Shown in pieces: positions 56,701 to 64,000 of a stretch of 64,000 nucleotides of DNA. The position numbers were made by a program, and so were the translations under genes. The stretch is taken from NCBI GenBank assembly GCA_965644315.1, contig CBFFRQ010000065.1, positions 248,001-312,000 on the forward strand. The letters run 5' to 3'. Source of the DNA: Caecitellus pseudoparvulus (taxonomy: Eukaryota > Protista > Bigyra: Bicosoecida). Numbering within the stretch: the first letter of the stretch is position 1; every line of letters begins with the position of its first letter. The notes beneath the pieces are model-generated. The model saw nothing but the letters and a program-made list of their open reading frames with translations, was not told the origin of the DNA and did not search any database.

Positions 56701-58894
56701 GCCCGTGGGGCGCACGGTGGAAGGGCTGCCCAACCTGGACTCGGAAGTCATGTCGCCAGCCTTCGGGACGTACGTAGCGTACCGGTCCCGGTACAAAGGT
56801 GCCCAAGAAGGACCGGCTGGATCCCGCCGCACCCTGCTGCCCTTTGACCCCACCATGTGCCTTGTGTTCCGTGTGGACACGCTGGAGTCGCACACGTTCC
56901 AGCACCAAGTTGTTGGGTACGCGCTGCTGAACGCATTTGTGCGCCGCGGAGCCGAGTTCAACACGGAGCAGCCCACCAGTCTTCAGGATGGCATCGGCTG
57001 CACCCTGAACGAAGGCAGTTTCCAGATACCCCTGTTCCAGGGTCCGCCCTCTCGCGCCACAGCCCTCACTGCAGACACGCTGTACACCAGCGCTGCCAAG
57101 GTTCCGTGTGCGACGCTGCTCGTGCGCATCGTGCCAGTCAAGCGCGGGGCCAAGCTGCGAGGCATGTTGAAGGGGGTGGCGGGCGCCATCATGGCCCAGG
57201 CTCGCCTGGGAGTGCCCAGCCGCCCTGCCGAAGGCGACAGCAAAGGGGCCGACGGCCCGGGAGAGGAGGAAACTGAACAGATCAGTGCCATCACGCGGAA
57301 GCAGCTGCCCCGATCGCAGTGGAAGGCGGCAGGGCTGGAAGCCCCTGCACCTCTTTACTCCTCAACTGCGTACGACTCCTTCAGGTGCCGCCCCACGCCG
57401 AGCGAGCTGCAGCTGTACCCGAAACGCGCCGACATCGAGCCCCCCACGATCCGGGAGCTTTTGGAGGATTTCCACCTGGACGCAGCGGCTGCCGCGGAAG
57501 GCCTGGACGACGTCGGCCCCCCTCCTATCAGTGCCAGCTTGGAGGACATCCCGGAAGGGAAGTTCGGTGTTCCGCCCTCGCCCGGCTCCGACCCCGACTT
57601 GGTCAAGAAGTGGATCCGCATGCGCCTGAGGTCTCCGCCGTCCAGCATGCTGGACTACCGCTTCATGCTGCCATACGACCCCGAAGCCGGCATCTCTGTC
57701 TGTGTGGATGGCGTGTACAACACGCCCCGCAGCGAGAAGCTCGTGGCGGCGTTTCACTGCGTGGCGCCTTCTGCCGCCATGTACAGCCGCCCACCGAGCA
57801 TGCGAGGCACGGCCTTCACCTGTCGTCGCGAGTGGGACCTGAGCCAGAAGCACCAAGTGTTCGAGGAGGATTTCGTGGCCTACCGCAACATGGCGTTCGA
57901 CCCCAAGATGACTGTCATCCTGGATGTGCGGCGTGTGGTGCTGCGTCCGGCCCGCAAGCCCCGCACCGACGATCCCACTGCCCTGCTCCCCCCCGTGCAG
58001 CCTGGCATCACACCCGAAGCAGAGCTGCCGGCAGGCTCTGAGCATTTTCTCTCGGCACAAGGCAACGACCTGCAAGGTGGCCCTTTCGCGTTTTCGCACC
58101 TGCCAGCCGGCGCAGACGGGACCAAGTCCACTCTACCCAAAGTCTCCAAGTTCGAGGTGGACTTGGAGCCATATGGGTGGGGCCTGCTGCCTGTCTTTGA
58201 CATCGCGGGGGAGGGGTATGTCCAGCGCGGCGCCTTCCGGGTGCCCCTGCTGAAAGGAGCCCCTCCACGGGAGGTGGTCGTGGCATTGCAGCGGGGTCGA
58301 GGCCCCAAGCCCACCTCCACCGCACCCTACGCTCTCGAGATCCTCAAACGCGCCCTGGAGAGCAGTCGCATCTCGCCACCTGTGGAATTCCTGCCCAACG
58401 GCGGGGTGGTCATGGTGCGCGTCATGGACAGCCAGCTGGAGGGCATTGTGCGTGTCGGCACGTCCGTGTACAGGGACGATTACCTGCTGGACGCGGAGGT
58501 GGCGCAGCGCTGCTCCGTGCCGACGCAAGAACTGGAGACGCCGCCAGCGCCTCTGCTCAAGTCGGTGCTGCCTGGCGGGCTGCCACCTGGGCCAGTTGCC
58601 GACGCGGCCATCGCGCAGTGCATCGCCATGCGGTTGAACTGTGAATTCCTGACGGCCCGGGCTCAAACCCGCGCAAGCACAGTCCCCCACATCCTAAGCA
58701 TGGCCACCATGTCCCCCAGCATGCGCAGTGGAGCCTCGGCCCGCCCCAGCCTGGCCCCCTCCACCACCAGAGGGGGCCCCTCTGCCCGTCCCAGCCTGGC
58801 ACCTTCAACCACCGCGGGCGGCGCATCCAGCCGCCCGTCCGCCAGCATCTCCAGCTCGGCGGGGCGGGCCAGGGAGGGAACCCGGGACGTGTGA
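53789..58894 (+). CDS. Coiled-coil + IQ + C2-like protein (CCDC17-like, probably ciliary)
   Basis: 1701-aa single ORF with coiled coils and IQ motifs 'IQRAYRGHLVRR' and 'VQAAWRGRLARK'. The C-terminal beta-rich modules 'FDVYVDGARFLPDNVTISKV', 'PYDPEAGISVCVDG' and 'YGWGLLPVF..YV..G.F.VPL' recall CCDC17-like proteins. Confidence 0.6.
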   Translation: MSGSRHQKSSRSRHANPQSQGDSSSPPSAAYRQVTQAGGPDTGRSRIPADAVAAQALSRAGAAPGFAGNNLHSGSVAAMVRSAASDLSHAKRRIRQLKAESRLVAAAKRQFEAQAERPLAGAAVVSQQARRGYSPAARGQRSESATDHRRDGARGSPPPRASSAADAHSVLGSHLHGSVADARGMTAAQKAATPVDVHLKGTLLDWERLQRQHQEQGALQAAGGRIVGEGSIPEAYAASRQQPGERGVPGRQTPQAGAAVASAAPATTAAASAPATVAGTPVSSSAVDSQASAFLGHALPTAVLANPALGMHQASADPLDALFESAHGLRTSGSLALGPGTSGAGQPVTEPRQHYVSPAETAAVAALQALQPGSAAYEAQLQHVVALAKLRFKQEQLEQESALARTRARLARETIEMEREYEHEHWVLAQKRQYKQRRILAAVEESLRGGVLAPPPAEQAASFAERAKLPPPAQHVMVGGGAPGQAVYAAGQPVAHPPHASLRGSRAGTASSASSHEASSDSEVEGAPRRSGRHGRRRRRGRGRRRGRGRYYDSEAEEEAREAKAAAETLRAERAALAAQLEAKGESFQAQLLLLEGERDRLLRDVEAANARAAEASAAAAAEAAAAAEAARGKSQAGHALESIQADLTDMIAQRDQLRADAEAARAKVGTLTEAAEKLQAEHRKRLAQAEQDAQARVETLKEALEDAHAAAGAAAEEARRRAASAQAAGALAEEARRIAAASRASTLPPPPATPPAHTGPPGRTGPRFEVPEMAAGVISAAYKKYAQGRGDLEGALSARKAAAAAAAAAEQGMVLTRPVSPTTQAARDIQRAYRGHLVRRLRRQAQRPPTSASSASQSTDKDRGRLSLAALAARRGTAIDGYAATRVQAAWRGRLARKRFRVLKDAADARARLMADMVGPAFIRKPPVAPEPTVLQPGDGFDVYVDGARFLPDNVTISKVVIRALNSSFKPVGRTVEGLPNLDSEVMSPAFGTYVAYRSRYKGAQEGPAGSRRTLLPFDPTMCLVFRVDTLESHTFQHQVVGYALLNAFVRRGAEFNTEQPTSLQDGIGCTLNEGSFQIPLFQGPPSRATALTADTLYTSAAKVPCATLLVRIVPVKRGAKLRGMLKGVAGAIMAQARLGVPSRPAEGDSKGADGPGEEETEQISAITRKQLPRSQWKAAGLEAPAPLYSSTAYDSFRCRPTPSELQLYPKRADIEPPTIRELLEDFHLDAAAAAEGLDDVGPPPISASLEDIPEGKFGVPPSPGSDPDLVKKWIRMRLRSPPSSMLDYRFMLPYDPEAGISVCVDGVYNTPRSEKLVAAFHCVAPSAAMYSRPPSMRGTAFTCRREWDLSQKHQVFEEDFVAYRNMAFDPKMTVILDVRRVVLRPARKPRTDDPTALLPPVQPGITPEAELPAGSEHFLSAQGNDLQGGPFAFSHLPAGADGTKSTLPKVSKFEVDLEPYGWGLLPVFDIAGEGYVQRGAFRVPLLKGAPPREVVVALQRGRGPKPTSTAPYALEILKRALESSRISPPVEFLPNGGVVMVRVMDSQLEGIVRVGTSVYRDDYLLDAEVAQRCSVPTQELETPPAPLLKSVLPGGLPPGPVADAAIAQCIAMRLNCEFLTARAQTRASTVPHILSMATMSPSMRSGASARPSLAPSTTRGGPSARPSLAPSTTAGGASSRPSASISSSAGRAREGTRDV
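58735..58845 (+). repeat. About 2.5 copies of a 45-bp coding repeat (SARPSLAPSTTxGGx)
   Basis: The translation reads SARPSLAPSTTRGGP-SARPSLAPSTTAGGA-SSRPS. Confidence 0.65.
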
Positions 58895-58901
58895 GGGCAG
58901 G

Positions 58902-60490
58902 TCACTTCTTTTCAGCCAGGCCGACGATGGTGAGGGTCAGCGCGACAACTCCCATGGTGATGCCGAATGCAATCGTAGCCCAACCTGCCACCGCGCCGCG
59001 ACCGCACAGGTCCAGGTCCCAACTGTGCAATCCCGGCACCTGGTCCAGTCTCAGGTGCCCGGAGCCTTGCAGCAGCCCGTCCTTGGCCTTCTCCTCCTTC
59101 TCCTCCATCTGCTGCAGCTTCATGTACATGAGGCCAGGGAAGACGAAGATCTGCACCACGGCAGCTGTGCTGCCTGTGAAACTCAGTACGAGCTGGATGC
59201 CCTCCACCGCCATGGCCACCCCCATGGTGAGCAGGATGAACGCAGCCGTGAGTCCGTAGTACGTGAACCGTGCAGCCGTTGGAGTGGCCAGGCGCTGCTC
59301 CAGACTGCCGCACAGGCCGCCACATGCGCCGCCGGTGCTGTGGCGATGTGACTCAGTGGGGGACACCGCCCCGCCGTCCAGCCCCGTCCTGCCGGAGACA
59401 ACGTCTTCGTACGTAGGCGTGGGGGCGGTGAGAGTGGCGGTGGTGGCCATGCTGGGTGGTCCCAGCACCTCGCCGCTGACGATGGCGTCCCCTGCGCCCT
59501 CGCCCCACACAAGATCAGCCACGGCAATGCGCGCCACGAATTGCAGCAGCGGATAGGAGAAGATCGCTGTGGCAGCCAGGCAAGCGTGCACGACGTACAC
59601 ATCGGCGGATATTGTGAGGTTCTCGCTGATGTCACCCTTCGTGGCCGTGCCAAACATGAGGTACCCCAGCACACCCACCGGCAAGTACAGCGCCAGGCAC
59701 ACGACGAACGTGGCAGCAGCGATGCTGTCCATGCGGCCCAGGGAGGGCTTGTCCAGGCTGGCAAAGACCGGCACATACACCAAGTGGCACTGCAGGGCAA
59801 AGCAAATGATGGGCACGGACTTGAACACGTCGGGTGACAGGTTGAAAGCGACGGCAGACTCGGCCACGCCAGAGGAGTGCAGCGTCGTGCCGGCGTGATA
59901 CGCGACGTCCGCTGCCAGGTACACGATGGACACCACGGCCAGCACCGAGAAGGTCTCCAAGCTCTTCACGGACCGCATGAGGCACAGAGGCACGATGGGG
60001 AAGAGGGTGAAGAGCAAAATGACGAACTGCCTGTTCGCCAGGGGGGTGCCGTGCAGGGAGTCCACCTTGGACAGCAGCGACTCGAAGACTTGGTCGGAGA
60101 TGATGTTCAAGTACGCGACACAGGCGCCGAAGAGGTAAATGGTCATGCTGACGCTGATGAAGGTGCCTGCCCTCGGGCCCAGCATGGCCGCGACGAGGCC
60201 CTGGTACGACGTTTCCCGCGTCTTCATAGCCGCCATGCCCAGAATGTGCAGCGTGAGCCACATGATGGCTGCGAACGCTGCGCTGACAATGAAGCCCATC
60301 ACGTAGCCACACGCCATGAAGGCGAAGGGGAATGCCAAGACGCCCCCTCCGATGGCAGCATTGGCAAGGTTCGCCACAGCGCCTGCAGGGGCGGGGCGGG
60401 GTTCTGTGTTGCGTGCTTGGCGCACCGATTTCCGCAACTTCACTCACCGGCAAACGAGCTGCCACTTGGCTTATTCGCCGCGTCTGCCAT
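58902..60490 (-). CDS. Amino acid/auxin permease (AAAP, SLC38-like) transporter
   Basis: A short exon 1 (MADAANKPSGSSFA) splices to 'GAVANLANAAIGGGVLAFPFAF'. Also 'FALQCH', 'GYLMFG' and about 11 hydrophobic helices. Confidence 0.9.
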
Positions 60491-60987
60491 GTGTAGCACG
60501 GCAAGGGTATGGGAAATTCAGATGCTAGCTTCACCTACGCTGCGAATAGGGCCAGAAACCTGACTTGTGGAGCCGATAGTAGTGGCTGGCTTGCAGAGCC
60601 TGGCTGGGCAAGCACTGGAAGCACCAAAGGAGCTGACCGTTCAAGTGAGGGTGCGCATACCACGGGTGTGGCTTGAAGATTATTCACGCCTTCCACCTGG
60701 CAATTCGTCAGATGGGGGGCTTTCCCCCTTCTTGCCCTCATGGGGGGGGAGATGCCTTGCTCGCAAGCATTGAGAGCCAGGCGAAGCCTTGCGCTGGCCC
60801 ATCAAAGTAAAACTGAAACCAGTGCCAAAACAGTCACTTCAACGCTGCCAGGATCATAGGCAGCACGATTGCGTGCTGATGCACTGCACGGCTTCGCTCA
60901 CCTTGCCTGGGGTTGTGGCTCAGGAAGCCTGTGCAGGTGCAGTGCAGTTGTTGCGGAAGTGACTGGGAAAGTGCCCCGGCGTCCGCC

Positions 60988-62666
60988 ATGTGCAAGTGCC
61001 AGATGCCAGACTGGGACGAAGTATGTGCTTACAGCACGATGCGAGTGGTGAAGCTCCGGGACAGGCGACTGGGCCTCTTGAACGCATGTAGGTCGGGAGC
61101 CGCCCTGGCCACTGGTTCTGCTAGAGCGGGACCAATGCAGCCCCCCCCCGCCCCGTTCCCTGTGCAGTTTTCCAGCTGCTGATCTTGCTGTACATTGTTG
61201 TGCTGAACATCGTGCTGCTGCAGTCGTACCGGGCGGATGGGGAGCTTGTAGGCACGCTGCGGCTGCAGCTGCAGGCTCCTGCAGCAGAGTACCGTCGAAC
61301 TCCTGAGCAGTTGCCGTACTGTGGACACGGGGAGTACTTTTCAGACGGCGGGTGGCACCCACAGTACCCATGCAAGTACGACGATGCCCTGGAGGCGGTG
61401 TTCCCCTCTGTGGAGGCGAACGCTCTTTTCCTCACGACCCGCCAAGAGGACATCCAGCAGAACTTGCCACATGGCTGCCCCTCTCCAGACAGTTTGGACT
61501 GCTCCTACGTCACCAACGCGACGGAAACCTCCTACCTCGCCCAACCAGCGCTGTTCACGCTGTTGATTGACCACTCGGTCTCCGCGCCCAGCATTGACAT
61601 TTCAGACAGCGCCTTTCACATGGACGGCCGCATCGCGCCGCCTGGAACAGCGGGCTCTGCCGCAAATGATGGGGACGAGGCAAGCCTGTCGCCCTGCGAA
61701 GCCTACAGCGTCTTCCTGGACCCTCCCGCCGCGTGTGACACTGACGTCATCCATGTCGGCGTGAAGGACACCTTCGACATTGTACCCCTAGGCTCGCTCA
61801 TGATTGCCGCTGGCGTGCGCAGTCTGGACGCCAACCTCACTGACGCAGGCAGCCATGCAGGGGAGGCCCGGCGAAACTCAGGCAGTGTCTTCGTCGTCAC
61901 CATCAACTACGACAACTACGTCACATACTTCCCATCCGTCATCAAGTACGCGTACTCTGTCTCCGCCGTCAAGGCGACTGAGTTCAAGGCGCTGGAGACG
62001 CTGCCCGCGCCCGGCGCTTCCAAGACCTGGCGCCACATCATCAACCGACACGGCCTGCGTTTCATCTTCCTGCAGTCTGGGCGCCTGGGCGTGTTCTCCC
62101 TCCCCGCCCTCCTCGTCCAGCTGGTGTCCTCGTTCGGCCTCATCGCAGTGTCTTCCGCCATCGTGCAGTTCCTGGCCTTCAACGTCTTGGCCATGCGCTT
62201 CATCTACTCCCAGTACGCCACGGTCACATCGGTGGACTTCTCAGACATTGACCACATGGAGGCCAAGGAGCTCAAACGCTTCAAAAACCACGACCTCATC
62301 AACCCCCGACCTGCCATCTTTGCCCGCATCATTAGCTTTGAGGAGCGCGCAGCCTCTGCAGCCGCAGCTGGCCGTCCGTTCACTGCAGAGCAAGAGGAGT
62401 CCCTGCGCCATGCTGCGCAAGAGTCGAAACCTGTGTCTGTCGCGTCCCCCCTCTCCGAGCGGTCCATGTCTGGTTCCCGGACACCCTTGGAGTACGAGTC
62501 AGGCGTCAGCGAAGACGAAGGCACCGGCCCAGCCCGACAGCCGTGGGCCTCCAGGGCTGCCAGGGCCTCGGCCGCCGTGGCTGGTCCACGCCGCATTTCG
62601 AAGCAGAAAGGTGGCGTCAGCGAGCATTGGAGACCGACCGTCTTGAACAGGAGGGGTAAACCCTAA
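60988..62666 (+). CDS. P2X-family ATP-gated cation channel
   Basis: Exon 1 'AYSTMRVVKLRDRRLG' (YxTxK/R motif), intron about 61088-61167, TM1 'FFQLLILLYIVVLNIVLL', a Cys-containing ectodomain, pre-TM2 'RHGLRFIFLQSGRLGVF', TM2, then 'YSQY'. Confidence 0.85.
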
Positions 62667-63212
62667 GCGTGGCCGGGGACGTGCATGCATGGGCTGCGGG
62701 CGTGACTGCACTTTTTGCGGCATTCACTCTGTTGTTGGTTGGGAGTGTGTTACAGTGCGCACGTTGCTCAAAGCAGGGGGAGCAGTTGTGCTCAGTGGCT
62801 GGCGAGCGGGAGCAGTGAATGTGAGATTGAGTGCGGGAGCTATGGTTTGTAGCGCAGTGCGGCGTTCCTCGTCCTCTTCCTTGTGTGAACGCGGCAGGCA
62901 GGGGCAGGCAGGCGAAGGTGTGCCAGCTCAGCCGCAGTTCTCCCGCACGCTCCAGGTCGAGGTCTGTCCAGCTCGGTGTGCGGTGGCTATGTGTGAACCC
63001 CTGTACAGGGGGGGTGTGTGGGCCATGCAGCGGTGCAGTCCAGGCAGGTGCGGCATTGTCATGACTGCGCCAAAATAAACACTCATATTCTTCCATTAAC
63101 AAAGCATCGAGTCACAAGTGCCCTTGGCATAGTTTCCTCGACCTCCCGCACGGCAGCGTCGGAGTGTATTTGTTGGCGCCAGCACTTGCGCTATCCACAA
63201 CCCCACCACGCC

Positions 63213-64000
63213 ATGGCTGCTGACAGCGACAGCCAGTCACATGTGACACGATGGGGAGCTGCATGCGAGAATGAGCAGGCAGACGTGCTGCTGAGCATGC
63301 TGGGGGAGTGTGGGGATGGAGTGGATGCGGAGCTGGGAGGGTTGTCAAGTGCTGACACAACTGCTGGCTTCACGGTTGCTTGCAAGACAGGGCACGCTGA
63401 GTTACTTCGTAGGTTGCTGGCGCTGGAGGGGGATGTGGCTGTGGACGTGCATGCTGGACCCGAGGGCGAGCCTGAGGCTGGCTTCCATGCTGCCTGTGTG
63501 AATGGGCACTTGGACGTGGTGCGCGAACTACTTGCTTTGAGTGGTGACCGCGAGGTGGATGTGCATGCTGTGCTGCGTGGCGCTCCAGATGCTGGCTTCC
63601 TACTCGCCTGCCAGCATGGCCATGTGGACGTGGTGCGCGAGTTGCTGGCTTTGGCCGGGCATCGCGAGGTGGACGTGCATGCTGGGCCCGAAGGCGAGCC
63701 TGAGGTTGGATTTCGGCTTGCGTGCTCGAGAGGCCACTTCGAGGTGGTGCGCGAGCTGCTAGCGCTGACAGGGCACCGTGAGGTGGATGTCCATGCTTTG
63801 AACGAGTTTGGCTTCGTACGTGCCTGTGCGAATGGCCATGTCGATGTTGTGCGCGAGCTGCTAGCGCTGACTGGGCATCGGGAGGTAAATGTGCATACCG
63901 GGCCTGGTGGCATGCCAGTCTTTGGTTTTCAACTTGCCTGTCAGAATGGACACATTGATGTGGTGCATGAGCTGCTGGCTCTGACAGGGCACCGAGAGGT
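63213..64000 (+). CDS. Ankyrin-repeat protein, truncated by the window end
   Basis: Open from ATG 63213 (CGCCATGG) to the end of the window; absent from the ORF track, presumably because it has no stop. Repeats read GFxxACxxGHxDVVRELLALxGxREVDVHA. Confidence 0.88.
   Translation, partial: MAADSDSQSHVTRWGAACENEQADVLLSMLGECGDGVDAELGGLSSADTTAGFTVACKTGHAELLRRLLALEGDVAVDVHAGPEGEPEAGFHAACVNGHLDVVRELLALSGDREVDVHAVLRGAPDAGFLLACQHGHVDVVRELLALAGHREVDVHAGPEGEPEVGFRLACSRGHFEVVRELLALTGHREVDVHALNEFGFVRACANGHVDVVRELLALTGHREVNVHTGPGGMPVFGFQLACQNGHIDVVHELLALTGHRE
63363..64000 (+). repeat. Tandem 114/102-bp ankyrin-coding units (38, 38, 38, 34, 38 aa plus a partial unit)
   Basis: Recurrent DNA blocks such as 'gtggtgcgcgagctgct..gc.ctga..gg.ca.cg.gaggtggatgt.catgct'. 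Confidence 0.85.

Noticed and set aside
63363-64000. Repeat-spacer appearance suggesting a CRISPR-like array
   Set aside because: Units are multiples of three, vary at synonymous sites and translate to ankyrin repeats. There are no cas genes and the context is eukaryotic.

Overview
This is a gene-dense, GC-rich eukaryotic chromosome segment, not a prokaryotic one. It holds about 22 protein-coding genes, many with short (about 65-120 nt) canonical GT-AG introns that I spliced by hand. The gene content and style suggest a heterotrophic flagellated protist, probably a stramenopile (inference). The genes, in order: RibD-C-like reductase; 3244-aa MyTH4 protein without a motor; eEF2 paralog with degenerate GTPase motifs; PssA-like CDP-alcohol phosphotransferase; NDUFAF5; 1-Cys peroxiredoxin; ~2600-aa protein of 11 tandem NCS/calcineurin-B-like EF-hand modules; AAA ATPase; GPAT9; VLCFA 3-ketoacyl-CoA reductase; coiled-coil protein; RING protein; mL46; MCM3; EttA with a mitochondrial-type presequence; LRR protein; myosin; Sfp-type PPTase; IQ/C2 (CCDC17-like) protein; AAAP amino-acid transporter; P2X receptor; and an ankyrin-repeat gene truncated by the window end. 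I found no rRNA, tRNA, CRISPR array or mobile element. The most notable observations are: (1) a full-length eEF2 pseudo-GTPase that keeps the diphthamide His loop; (2) the 11-module calcium sensor; (3) ankyrin repeats with a fixed scaffold and variable binding-face residues; (4) all seven convergent gene pairs have stop codons only 7-91 bp apart. All family assignments rest on motif recognition from memory, not on database searches.
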